Shown here: positions 18,618 to 28,007 of the stretch, in pieces
Layout: each line of letters begins with the position of its first letter
Position numbering within the stretch: the first letter of the stretch is position 1
Origin: Deltaproteobacteria bacterium
Lineage (GTDB): Bacteria; Desulfobacterota; Desulfomonilia; UBA1062
NCBI GenBank assembly: GCA_015486075.1
Contig: WFSG01000033.1
Location: forward strand, 61,023-125,022
DNA: 64,000 bases
Direction of reading: 5' to 3'
The notes under the pieces: model-generated
The model's input: the letters and a program-made list of their open reading frames with translations, nothing else
Databases searched by the model: none
Told to the model about the DNA's origin: nothing
Translations under genes and position numbers: made by a program

Positions 18618-19784
18618 TCAACCCAGTATTTTTCTTATTCCTCTTATAGCCTGTCTTATTCGGTGTTCGTTCTCGACAAGTGCAAACCTGACAAACCCTT
18701 CACCGTAGCGCCCAAAGCCAATACCGGGCGACACTGCAACCTCTGCCTTCTCGAGCATGAACTTGGAGAATTCTAGGGAGCCCATTTCCTTGAATTTGTC
18801 CGGTATCGGGGCCCATACGAACATGGTTGCCCGTGGTTTCTCAACAGACCAGCCGATCCTGTTCAGGCCATCGCATAGGGTATCCCTCCTGTTCTTGTAC
18901 GTCTCTACGATCTCTCTCACGCAGCTCTGGTCCTCGTTAAGGGCTATTATCGACGCTATCTGTATTGGCTGAAATACGCCATAATCCAGATAACTCTTTA
19001 TCCTAGACAATGCAAAGATGGCCTCCTTGTTGCCAGCGGCATATCCAACTCTCCATCCAGCCATGCTATAGCTCTTGGACATGGATGTGAATTCAACTGC
19101 TATGTCCTTTGCCCCGGGTATCTGAAGAATACTTGGTGCTCTGTAAGTGCCAAAGCATAGGTCGGCATATGCAAAGTCATGTATGATGAAGATATCATGC
19201 TCTTTTGCAAAGGATACAAGCTTTTCGAAGAAATCCCTGTCAACCACCATTGTAGTGGGGTTGTGGGGGAAGGAGAGTATCATGAGCTTGGGCCTTGGCC
19301 AGGTAAGCCTTGTTGCTGTAAGCAGATCCTCGAAAAAGTCCCTTTCTTTTGACAAAGGAATGCCACGCACATTACCCCCGGCGAGAACGGTTGCATAGGT
19401 ATGTATAGGGTAAGTTGGATTGGGCACGAAAACCACGTCACCCGAGGTTATCATGGAGAGTATCATATGGGCAAAGCCCTCTTTTGTACCTATGCTAACG
19501 ATTGCCTCTGTGTCTGGATCAATGTCCACGTCGTAGCGCCTCTTGTACCAGTCGGCGACAGCAAGTCTGAGCTTATATATACCGCGGGACATGGAGTACC
19601 TGTGATTCCTGGGATTCTTAATCGCTTCTGATGCCTTGTCAACGATGTGGGCAGGCGTAGGTATATCAGGGTTACCCATGCCAAGGTCTATTATATCCCT
19701 GCCTTTTCTTCTCTCCTGTATCTTTAGGGCATCCACCTCGGCAAACACGTATGGCGGTAGCCTGTCTATTCTAGTGAACTGCAT
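18618..19784 (-). CDS. alaC: Class I/II PLP aminotransferase, AlaC/LL-DAP-like
   Basis: [42 protein letters not shown]. Confidence 0.8.
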   Translation of the reverse strand: MQFTRIDRLPPYVFAEVDALKIQERRKGRDIIDLGMGNPDIPTPAHIVDKASEAIKNPRNHRYSMSRGIYKLRLAVADWYKRRYDVDIDPDTEAIVSIGTKEGFAHMILSMITSGDVVFVPNPTYPIHTYATVLAGGNVRGIPLSKERDFFEDLLTATRLTWPRPKLMILSFPHNPTTMVVDRDFFEKLVSFAKEHDIFIIHDFAYADLCFGTYRAPSILQIPGAKDIAVEFTSMSKSYSMAGWRVGYAAGNKEAIFALSRIKSYLDYGVFQPIQIASIIALNEDQSCVREIVETYKNRRDTLCDGLNRIGWSVEKPRATMFVWAPIPDKFKEMGSLEFSKFMLEKAEVAVSPGIGFGRYGEGFVRFALVENEHRIRQAIRGIRKILG

Positions 19785-20619
19785 CTTTTGCTTTCATCTC
19801 CTTAAGTATTTCTTTTGCATGGTATGAACTCCTAACAAGTGGGCCTGATATCACGTGCTTTATCCCCATTGACCTGCCGATGGCTGCCCATGTATCGAAA
19901 TACCGTGGTTCCCAGTACTTTTCCACTGGTATCTGGTTAAGCGTGGGCCTCATATACTGTCCAATGGTTACCACGTCAACCCCTGCATCTCTCAATGACC
20001 TGAGTAAGGTCATTATCTCTTCTTGTCTCTCTCCGAGACCTACCATGAACCCGGATTTAACCAGTGTCCCCGGTGAGCAATTCTTTGCCCAGGTGAGCAC
20101 ATTGAGACTTCTATCTATGTCTGCCCCTGGTCTTATATTACGGTGTAACCTTTTAACCGTCTCCACGTTGTGGTTGAAGACGTCAGGGCCTGCGTCCAAG
20201 ACAGCCTCTACTAGATCTTGCCTTCCTCCGAAGTCAGGAGTGAGCACCTCGATCGTTGTGCCAGGGTTCAGCTCTCTGACTTCTCGTATGGTTTCTATGA
20301 ACTTAAAAGCGCCTTTATCTGCTAGGTCATCCCTTGTAACGGACGTTATCACAACATGCTTTAGCCCTAGATCATGCGCTGCTTTAGCAACATTAAATGG
20401 TTCGTCCTCGGATGGAAGTTTTGGCTTCCCTTTCTTTATTGAACAGAACCTGCATGCCCGTGTACACGTATCCCCCAGGATCAGGAAGGTTGCAGTAGGC
20501 ACGCTGAAGCATTCTGAAATGTTCGGACACCTTGCTTCTTCACATACCGTGGAGAGAGACGCAGCGCGCAACATCACCTTTAATTCCCTGAGGTCTGAAA
20601 GTCTCTTATTCTTTCTCAA
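19771..20619 (-). CDS. lipA: Lipoyl synthase (true start possibly upstream of 20619)
   Basis: [22 protein letters not shown] radical SAM motif, [26 protein letters not shown]. Confidence 0.95.
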   Translation of the reverse strand: MRKNKRLSDLRELKVMLRAASLSTVCEEARCPNISECFSVPTATFLILGDTCTRACRFCSIKKGKPKLPSEDEPFNVAKAAHDLGLKHVVITSVTRDDLADKGAFKFIETIREVRELNPGTTIEVLTPDFGGRQDLVEAVLDAGPDVFNHNVETVKRLHRNIRPGADIDRSLNVLTWAKNCSPGTLVKSGFMVGLGERQEEIMTLLRSLRDAGVDVVTIGQYMRPTLNQIPVEKYWEPRYFDTWAAIGRSMGIKHVISGPLVRSSYHAKEILKEMKAKDAVH

Positions 20620-20947
20620 CCAGTGAGGAAGCCTGCTGTTCTCCCGTGTTTTCCTGCTTTCTGACGATTGATTGCCTTTGTTTATTGTGAAGTGCCTCCC
20701 TTTTCTCGACTTCCTTCAAGCGTTCACTTACCAGGCGTTCCTTTTGTTTCATTTCCTTTCGTACTAGTAGATTGTAAATGAATGCAATTATAGATCCTGT
20801 TACAAATGAGATAAAGAGAATAAGGTAGAGTGGATATTCAGCTGTGGCATGTCCAAGAAACTTGAGACTCACAGGTTGTTGGTTGGATACACCAAAGAGA
20901 ATCCCGATGGTAATTATTATTATCAGCAAGAAGGCCTTTATGTACAT
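20606..20947 (-). CDS. LapA-family small membrane protein
   Basis: Two TM helices with the F..SNQQPV.LKFL...EYPLYLILFISF..G pattern. TGATG coupling at 20947. Confidence 0.75.
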   Translation of the reverse strand: MYIKAFLLIIIITIGILFGVSNQQPVSLKFLGHATAEYPLYLILFISFVTGSIIAFIYNLLVRKEMKQKERLVSERLKEVEKREALHNKQRQSIVRKQENTGEQQASSLVEKE

Positions 20948-21414
20948 CAAGATAATGATCCCTTTATCTTTTCCTTTGTTTTCTCTATATGCTCGGATAT
21001 CATGTGCACATCTGCAAGTACAGGCATAAAATTGGTATCCCCTGTCCACCTCGGTACTATATGTACATGAAGGTGATCAGCAAAGCCAGCTCCAGCTACT
21101 TTGCCAAGGTTGCAACCTATGTTGAAACCTTGTGGTTTTAGGCATTCCTTTATTGCTGAGACAAGTTCCTTTACCATGGTAAATATTTCGTGCATCTCCT
21201 GTTCATCCAGGTCATCGAGGTTACCAACATGCCTGTACGGTGCCACCATGCAGTGTCCTGTTGTATAAGGATACCGATTCATTATTGAGAAGCAAGTCTT
21301 ACCCCTTTTGAGTATAAGGCTATCATTGTCCTTTGGCGCGTTGCAGAATATGCAGGCTAACTCCTTTGATTTTGATATGTATTCGGCTCTCCATGGTGCC
21401 CATAGGTTTCTCAT
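20947..21414 (-). CDS. HIT-family hydrolase (Ap4A hydrolase-like)
   Basis: LWAPWR, CIFC, NRYPY..GH, GAG..DHLHVHIVPRW.GD.NF. Confidence 0.93.
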   Translation of the reverse strand: MRNLWAPWRAEYISKSKELACIFCNAPKDNDSLILKRGKTCFSIMNRYPYTTGHCMVAPYRHVGNLDDLDEQEMHEIFTMVKELVSAIKECLKPQGFNIGCNLGKVAGAGFADHLHVHIVPRWTGDTNFMPVLADVHMISEHIEKTKEKIKGSLS

Positions 21415-21899
21415 AATACAATTAACTCTCCACGTACTTTCTTATTGTTTACATATATTATACCTATTGAATTTTCTTTTGTAAATCTTGTATCTGTTGG
21501 GGAGCCGGGGTTGAAGAAGAGTATACCGTCCTCAACCTGGTTGAAGGCTTGGTGCGTATGTCCATAGACTATTACATCTACATCCTTAAATTCACGTTTT
21601 ATCCTGTCTCTTATACCAACCGGAGATCCCCAGCCGTGTATAATGCCTATTGAGATATCACCTATCTTGAGTACCTGTTTAGGTGGGAAAGAGGCTGTGA
21701 TATCAACATGGTCCATGTTACCAGAGACAACAACCATGTCCTTGCCCAGTTTGTAGAACACGTCCAAAACACTTAGGCTAACCACGTCTCCTGCATGGAT
21801 TATGAGGTCTGCATCTGAGAAATAATCCCTTGATATTTCTCTTAAAAAGTCGTTAGCCTGCATAAGGTGAGTATCGGAAACCACCCCTATTTTCTTCAT
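21411..21899 (-). CDS. YfcE/MJ0936-family metallophosphoesterase
   Basis: VVSDTH, IHAGD, VSGNMD, IHG, YGHTH, NPGS. Start moved to ATG 21899. Confidence 0.92.
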   Translation of the reverse strand: MKKIGVVSDTHLMQANDFLREISRDYFSDADLIIHAGDVVSLSVLDVFYKLGKDMVVVSGNMDHVDITASFPPKQVLKIGDISIGIIHGWGSPVGIRDRIKREFKDVDVIVYGHTHQAFNQVEDGILFFNPGSPTDTRFTKENSIGIIYVNNKKVRGELIVL

Positions 21900-22129
21900 A
21901 CAGGATAAAGACCATATGAGGAGTAGATTTTCAACAGGGAATAAGGCCAGAATGATTTTTAGACCCTGCAGGCCATCTGAAAGCATATACTCAGTGTGCA
22001 ATTGGCCTATTGATGTCTTTTTCGTGGTTCTCTTGACATCTCAAGTATGTCTGTGAGATGGAAGACATGAAAATATTTTAAGGTAAAAACAAAAAATCCC
22101 GGACTCTGGGAAATAGCTTGGGGTGTTGA

Positions 22130-22897
22130 ATGCTTTATCCACATATAAATCCAGTGCTTGTACATTTAGGGCCTTTTCAGATACGTTGGTATGGTCTCAT
22201 GTATGTGGTGGGTTTTGTGCTTGCCTACATGATAATGGTCAGAACGGCAAGACGCAAGAGATACAACCTCACCAGGGAGGATATAGAAGACCTTCTTACC
22301 TATTGTATTATAGGGTTGATACTTGGAGCAAGACTTGGTTATTGCCTTGTATATAATACCCTTTACTACTGGCATAATCCCCTTGAGATCGTGGCTGTGT
22401 GGGAAGGGGGCATGTCTTTTCACGGTGGTCTTGTAGGCGTACTTGTCTCTGGCTGGATCTACTCTGTAAAGCGGAATAAGTCATTCTGGATGCTGGCCGA
22501 CCTTGGTGCAATTGCAGCTCCCCTTGGGCTTTTTTTTGGCAGGATAGGGAACTTTATCAACGGTGAGCTCTATGGCAGGGTGACCCACATGCCATGGGGC
22601 ATGGTCTTCCCTGGGGCTGGTCCCTATCCACGTCATCCCTCACAGCTTTACGAAGCCTTCTTTGAAGGCGTTGTCCTGTTTCTCATTATTTACCGGATAA
22701 GCAAGCGCAGGCTACCACATGGTGTTATCTTCTGCTGTTTTCTCGTGGCCTATGGGACAATAAGGTTTTTTTTAGAATTTTTCAGGGAACCAGACCCTCA
22801 GTTAGGTTTTATACTGGGTCCGTTTACCATGGGTCAACTCCTATGTTCTATAATGATAATATTCGGTATGTTACTTTTACAAAGCAGGTTAAAGTAG
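22130..22897 (+). CDS. lgt: Prolipoprotein diacylglyceryl transferase
   Basis: IRWYG, GARLGY, GGMSFHGG, GRIGNFINGELYGR, RHPSQLYE, RF..EFFREPD. Confidence 0.97.
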   Translation: MLYPHINPVLVHLGPFQIRWYGLMYVVGFVLAYMIMVRTARRKRYNLTREDIEDLLTYCIIGLILGARLGYCLVYNTLYYWHNPLEIVAVWEGGMSFHGGLVGVLVSGWIYSVKRNKSFWMLADLGAIAAPLGLFFGRIGNFINGELYGRVTHMPWGMVFPGAGPYPRHPSQLYEAFFEGVVLFLIIYRISKRRLPHGVIFCCFLVAYGTIRFFLEFFREPDPQLGFILGPFTMGQLLCSIMIIFGMLLLQSRLK

Positions 22898-22927
22898 TAT
22901 CACCCATGGAGCGATAGGTTATATTAC

Positions 22928-24841
22928 ATGAGAGATCTTAAAGAAGAGCTCATGAGAGGGCTCCGTTCATTCAGGCAGTTTAACCGTTACAAGCAGGCGA
23001 TGATGTTAAATAATGATCCTGTGGGTGGCAGGGTTGTGCTTAAGATCATGCCGTTATTACTGCACATTAATCATCCCGAGTTTCCAGGTTATATAGACAA
23101 CGCAGGGTGTCCCGGCGGAATAAAGCTCATGGAATGGCCCGCCGATGCCCTTGGAATAGTCGAGCCAGTTCTGGCAAGAAGGATACAGGAGAGAAACCTC
23201 AAGGATTACATCCCAAAGCATAGAGAGATAGAGGGCGTCTTTACAATAGGAAGCGTTGGTAGCATAGGGCAGACAGGAGATTCTGATTACGACATATGGA
23301 TTATAGTAAACGAGAGCCTAATTGGTAGGACCAGGCTAAGGCTCCTTGAATCAAAGCTGAATCTTTTAAGACGCTGGATTGTCAATCGTTTTTTAATAGA
23401 TATACATTTCTTCTTAATGGATGCGGAACATGTTAGAAAGAATGCATTTGGAAAGGTATCTCAGGAAGGTTCCGGCTCTGCACTGAAGACCCTGCTCAAA
23501 GAGGAGTTCTACCGTACAATGACCCTGGTTGAGGGCAGGATACCTCTGTGGTGGATAGTGCCTCCATTCACGGATGATCTTACCTATCAGGCATGCCTAG
23601 ACCTTGTAAGGACTATACCAGGTATTACTGCCGATGACTTCATGGACCTTGGTAACATTACAAGTGTTCCTGAGAGAGAACTCTTGGGTGCAGCCCTTTG
23701 GCAGATGCACAAGGCATTGGATGACCCCTTTAAATCTGTCTTAAAGATGGCGCTGGTATCTACTTACATGGATTATACTTTCATGGTTAAGCTCCTGTGT
23801 GATGTGCTCAAGGAGAAGATATTCAATGCCGGTCCAGAGGATATAGTCGATCCATATGCAGTAGCATTCAAGCGTATAGAAGAGTTCTATGGACGTAGTA
23901 CCGAAAAAGGTGTCGTTGACCTTTTGAGACGTTGCTTCTACCTAAAGGTCAGTCCGGGCATAAAGGACATGGACCTAATAAGACTAGAAGGCAGTGACAA
24001 GTCTCTTATCATGGTTCAAATACTAAGGGAATGGGGATGGAGCCTTAATACGGTGAAGGACCTTAATGGCTTTAACAACTGGGATGTCAGTAGATATCGC
24101 ATGTTTGGAGACGAGATACACGAGTATCTAAAAGCTACAGCTGCACAACTTATACGAAGGGCAAGAAGGAATTTGCTCAGTACCAGCATTGATGAAGACG
24201 TGGAGATGGAAGTTCTGAGAAGACGGGTAGAAGCATTCTATGTGGCAAAGGACAACAAGATACTACCGGAGAAAAGGGTGAAAAAGAATGAGCCGGCATA
24301 TAGGGAGCTCTTCTTCATGTATGACATGGGCAAGTGGAAACTCTTTTCGTCTTCGCCATCGGAGAGAACCGAGGAACAGCAGGGGCCCATACTGCAGGCG
24401 GAGAGGATTGTTACAATTGCCGCCTGGCTGGTTTACAACAGGAGGTTCGACCCATCCACTGCCTTTCACATGGTACCCAATACAACCCACGTGGTTCTAT
24501 CGGATATACAGTCGCTTCTCATAGAACTCCGTGTAGGCATACCGGATGTATACAGAATCGGTCTTAACAGAGATGCTTTGATGGTCCCAAGTTCCATTGA
24601 GCGCATATGGATAGTACCAAACATGGAAGCAAGCAAGGAAAAACACGCTGTTGATGAGATAGATATTATATATTCAAACACCTGGAACGAGCTATTCTCC
24701 CTTTATGTTTTACCCAGGGATCTAAAGACATGGCTGGCAAAGGTAAAAGCTGGTAACAAGGCGGTAGACATAAAAATATGGCTCCCCCAGGCCGAGGATT
24801 CCAAACAGCTTGCAAGATCTCTGATCTCTCTGATAGTATAG
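22928..24841 (+). CDS. cyaA: Class I adenylate cyclase
   Basis: GSVGSIGQTGDSDYDIW, HFFLMD, GSA...LLKEEFYRT, GR.PLWW, D.G, WQ..KA..DPFKSVLK. Confidence 0.85.
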   Translation: MRDLKEELMRGLRSFRQFNRYKQAMMLNNDPVGGRVVLKIMPLLLHINHPEFPGYIDNAGCPGGIKLMEWPADALGIVEPVLARRIQERNLKDYIPKHREIEGVFTIGSVGSIGQTGDSDYDIWIIVNESLIGRTRLRLLESKLNLLRRWIVNRFLIDIHFFLMDAEHVRKNAFGKVSQEGSGSALKTLLKEEFYRTMTLVEGRIPLWWIVPPFTDDLTYQACLDLVRTIPGITADDFMDLGNITSVPERELLGAALWQMHKALDDPFKSVLKMALVSTYMDYTFMVKLLCDVLKEKIFNAGPEDIVDPYAVAFKRIEEFYGRSTEKGVVDLLRRCFYLKVSPGIKDMDLIRLEGSDKSLIMVQILREWGWSLNTVKDLNGFNNWDVSRYRMFGDEIHEYLKATAAQLIRRARRNLLSTSIDEDVEMEVLRRRVEAFYVAKDNKILPEKRVKKNEPAYRELFFMYDMGKWKLFSSSPSERTEEQQGPILQAERIVTIAAWLVYNRRFDPSTAFHMVPNTTHVVLSDIQSLLIELRVGIPDVYRIGLNRDALMVPSSIERIWIVPNMEASKEKHAVDEIDIIYSNTWNELFSLYVLPRDLKTWLAKVKAGNKAVDIKIWLPQAEDSKQLARSLISLIV

Positions 24842-24884
24842 TGTCGGCTAGTGGACCTTGATCAGATGTCTCCAGGGGGCTTAA

Positions 24885-25721
24885 ATGCATGGAAGTATCC
24901 TGAAAGTAGGAATATGCCAGTTAAGGACAACCTATGACATAGAGAAAAACATGTCTAGGGCTATTGAGATGACAAGTGATGCCGCGCGCCTAGGCGCAGA
25001 CATAGTTGCGCTACCAGAGATGTTTCTATGTCCTTACGAGCCGGATCACATAAAGAAGTCAATGGCCTTTGCCAGCAGAGCCCTTGAGGGGCTTAGAAAA
25101 TCTGCCCTGGAGCACGGCATATACATTGTAGCAGGAAGCCTTCCTTACACCCGGCATGGTGGTAAACCCTTTAATAGGTCCTTCGTATTTGATACAGGGG
25201 GTAGGGTTGTATGTTTTCATGACAAGCTTCACCTGTTCGACTGTGAGCCGCCAGGAGGACCAGTTGTAAGGGAGTCTGATATAATCAAGGAGGGGCATCA
25301 CCTGGATACTTTCATGACCCCGTGGGGTATGGCTGCTGTCATTGTTTGCTATGATATCAGGTTCACGCCCCTTTTACAGCTGCTAGCAGACCGTGGAGTT
25401 GTCCTGTTGTTTGTTCCTGCGGCGTTTTCTATCACCACTGGGAGGGCACATTGGGAGATGCTTGTTAGGCTGAGGGCAGTAGAAATCCAGGGGTTTGTCG
25501 TTGGTATACAGCCTGCCTATGACCCTGGGCTGAAGTATGTACCCTGGGGACATTCAATAGTGGCAAATCCATGGGGAGACGTGCTTATGGATGCTGGTAA
25601 GGAAGAGGTGGTAGAGGTCGTGGACATAGACATGGAAGATGCTGGAAGGATAAGAGGATCTTTCCCATTACTTGATCATCGTAGGTTGGATCTGTACTCC
25701 ACGGAGTGGCGGGACAACTGA
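24885..25721 (+). CDS. Carbon-nitrogen hydrolase (nitrilase/omega-amidase family)
   Basis: ALPEMF, HDKLHLFD, VCYDIRF catalytic triad, PAAF...TG..HW, GHS...PWG. Confidence 0.92.
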   Translation: MHGSILKVGICQLRTTYDIEKNMSRAIEMTSDAARLGADIVALPEMFLCPYEPDHIKKSMAFASRALEGLRKSALEHGIYIVAGSLPYTRHGGKPFNRSFVFDTGGRVVCFHDKLHLFDCEPPGGPVVRESDIIKEGHHLDTFMTPWGMAAVIVCYDIRFTPLLQLLADRGVVLLFVPAAFSITTGRAHWEMLVRLRAVEIQGFVVGIQPAYDPGLKYVPWGHSIVANPWGDVLMDAGKEEVVEVVDIDMEDAGRIRGSFPLLDHRRLDLYSTEWRDN

Positions 25722-26470
25722 TGATAAGGATAGATAAATTAAGCAAGTCTTTCAGGGACATGAGGGTACTTGACAGGATATCATTGGATATACCGGATGG
25801 GGAGATAACCGTTATAATAGGCCCTAGCGGTACAGGAAAGAGCGTACTTCTAAAACATATCCTTGGACTTATGAGACCGGATTCAGGTAGCGTGTTCATA
25901 GATGACAGGGATATATCAGCTATGAAGGAGAAAGACCTGAACGAGATCAGGAAGCATCTTGGAGTATGCTTCCAGGACGCCGCATTATTTGACTCCATGA
26001 CAGTGGGAGAAAACATAGCCTTTCCTTTCCGTGTACACACGAGGCTTTCGGAGGAGGAAATCATGTCGAGGGTCTCGGAACTCCTGAAAGAGGTGGGGCT
26101 GTCCGGCATTGAAGACAAGATGCCCTCGGAGATATCCGGTGGCATGAGAAAAAGGGTTGGGCTTGCCAGGGCACTTGCATTGAATCCGAGGATACTGTTG
26201 TTCGACGAGCCCACCACTGGCCTTGATCCTGTTATGAGCACGGCCATAAATTTGCTTATACGGCAGGTTCAAAAAAAGTCCGGTGCCACCTGTCTGGTGA
26301 TAAGCCATGACATAAAGGGTGCATTTGAGATAGCAGATTACATGGCCATGCTTTACAAGGGAAAGATTGTGTTCTCCGGCAGGCCAGTCGACTTTAACAA
26401 TGCTCAGGAACCACTGGTAAGGCAGTTTATAGATGGAAGGACAGATGGTCCTATCAACCCTAATGAATAA
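25721..26470 (+). CDS. ABC transporter ATP-binding protein, MlaF/Mkl-like
   Basis: GPSGTGKS, FQDAALFDSMTV.ENIAF, ISGGMRKRVGLARA, FDEPTTGLDP, SHD. Confidence 0.9.
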   Translation: MIRIDKLSKSFRDMRVLDRISLDIPDGEITVIIGPSGTGKSVLLKHILGLMRPDSGSVFIDDRDISAMKEKDLNEIRKHLGVCFQDAALFDSMTVGENIAFPFRVHTRLSEEEIMSRVSELLKEVGLSGIEDKMPSEISGGMRKRVGLARALALNPRILLFDEPTTGLDPVMSTAINLLIRQVQKKSGATCLVISHDIKGAFEIADYMAMLYKGKIVFSGRPVDFNNAQEPLVRQFIDGRTDGPINPNE

Positions 26471-26575
26471 TATAATAGAAAGGTCTCGGGGTAAGATAAT
26501 TTACCTTGTATTTGTTGACACTTGCCGATAAGGTTTACAGGATTTTTAGATAACTGTACGCTAGGAGATGTAAAT

Positions 26576-26980
26576 ATGGGAAAAAGAGGTTTTACCTTGG
26601 TAGAGCTGATGATTGTTGTGGCCATAATAGGTATACTGGCCTCGATTGCCATACCGCTTTACACAGGTCATGTTAAGAAGGCAAGGAGGGCAGGCGCAAT
26701 ATCGTCCCTGCAGACAGTGGCCCTCTACGAGGAGAAGTGTATGGCAGAGAAGGGAACCTACACCTCTGTTGCTGCACTGGAGAATAGCTTTGGCATGACT
26801 AACCCTGATACTGAGTATTATACGATAAGTCTCTTTTATCTCTCCAACACGTCTTTTATTGCCCAGGCTACGCCCAAGGGTAGTCAGGCTGGAGACGCCA
26901 CGCTAGCCATTGATTCCCAGGGTCGGCTGGGAAAGATAACTTCAGGTAGCTTTGTCGAGGACAAGAGCCTGTGGAGATAG
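26576..26980 (+). CDS. Type IV pilin-like protein (PilE-type)
   Basis: Class III signal KRG|FTLVELMIVVAIIGILASIAIP.Y. GGAG RBS before ATG 26576. Confidence 0.9.
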   Translation: MGKRGFTLVELMIVVAIIGILASIAIPLYTGHVKKARRAGAISSLQTVALYEEKCMAEKGTYTSVAALENSFGMTNPDTEYYTISLFYLSNTSFIAQATPKGSQAGDATLAIDSQGRLGKITSGSFVEDKSLWR

Positions 26981-26984
26981 ATTC

Positions 26985-27962
26985 ATGAATGTCCTTGTAA
27001 CAGGTGGAGCAGGGTACATAGGTTCTCACGCGGTGAAGATGCTTTGCGATAAGGGTTACGGCGTTGTTTGTCTTGATAACCTTGTAAAAGGACACAGGGA
27101 AAACGTAATTGGTGGAATCTTTTACGAGGGAGGGGTGGAAGACAAGGACCTTGTGAGGGATATATGCACCAGGCATGAAATCAAGGCTGCCATGCATTTT
27201 GCAGCGTATTCCCTTGTTGGCGAATCAGTGGAGATACCCATTCTCTATTATGAAAACAACGTGTGTAACACCCTGAACCTGATAGATGCACTGATGGATA
27301 TGGGTGTAAAGAATTTCATATATTCCTCTTCCGCGGGTGTGTACGGTGAACCCATGAAAGTACCCATAACAGAGGATGCCCAGTGTGTGCCAACTAATCC
27401 CTATGGGAGGACCAAGTTTTACGTGGAGGGTATACTTAGAGATCTGGATAAAGCGCGTGGTCTGAACTACGTGTCTTTAAGGTATTTTAACGCGGCAGGG
27501 GCATATCCTGATGGTACCATAGGTGAAGACCATGATCCCGAGACACACCTCATTCCCATAGTTCTGGATGTTGCCCTTGGAAGGAGGGGGTCTGTAACCA
27601 TATTCGGAAACGACTGGCCCACGAGGGATGGTACATGCATAAGGGATTACGTTCATGTCTGTGACCTTATAGATGCCCATATCCTTGCCCTTGAATACCT
27701 CCTGGCTGGTGGAAAGAGCAAGGTCTTTAATCTTGGTAATTCAAAGGGCTACACCGTGAGAGAGGTTATAGAAACGGTTTCAGACGTAACCGGCAAGGAC
27801 ATCTGTGTAGAGGTGGGACCAAGGCGTTTAGGCGATCCGGCAATACTAGTTGCAAGTTCTGAGAAGATAAAGAAAGAACTGGGATGGATGCCTAAGTGGA
27901 CATCTTTAAAAGATATTGTAGAGACGGCATGGAAATGGCACAGGATAAGATTTGAACGCTAG
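26985..27962 (+). CDS. galE: UDP-glucose 4-epimerase
   Basis: VLVTGGAGYIGSH, HFAA...VGESV, YGRTK, LRYFNAAGA, RDYVHV.DL, FNLG...G. Confidence 0.95.
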   Translation: MNVLVTGGAGYIGSHAVKMLCDKGYGVVCLDNLVKGHRENVIGGIFYEGGVEDKDLVRDICTRHEIKAAMHFAAYSLVGESVEIPILYYENNVCNTLNLIDALMDMGVKNFIYSSSAGVYGEPMKVPITEDAQCVPTNPYGRTKFYVEGILRDLDKARGLNYVSLRYFNAAGAYPDGTIGEDHDPETHLIPIVLDVALGRRGSVTIFGNDWPTRDGTCIRDYVHVCDLIDAHILALEYLLAGGKSKVFNLGNSKGYTVREVIETVSDVTGKDICVEVGPRRLGDPAILVASSEKIKKELGWMPKWTSLKDIVETAWKWHRIRFER

Positions 27963-27972
27963 TTAAATCCTT

Positions 27973-28000
27973 TAAAGGTAAGGGGCTAATAAGGCGATAA
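27973..28000 (+). promoter_or_regulatory. Sigma28-like promoter (putative leaderless)
   Basis: TAAAG-N15-GGCGATAA, ending 7 nt before ATG 28008. No SD present. Confidence 0.55.
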
Positions 28001-28007
28001 ATGAATT

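Noticed and set aside
21900-22129. Structured ncRNA or riboswitch in the yfcE-lgt spacer
   Set aside because: No recognisable riboswitch, 6S, tmRNA or SRP consensus, and only short hairpins.
26504-26531. Sigma28 promoter before the pilin gene (perfect GCCGATAA at 26524-26531)
   Set aside because: No TAAAG/TCAAG at the matching -35 position (CCTTG instead), and an overlapping TTGACA suggests a different promoter type.
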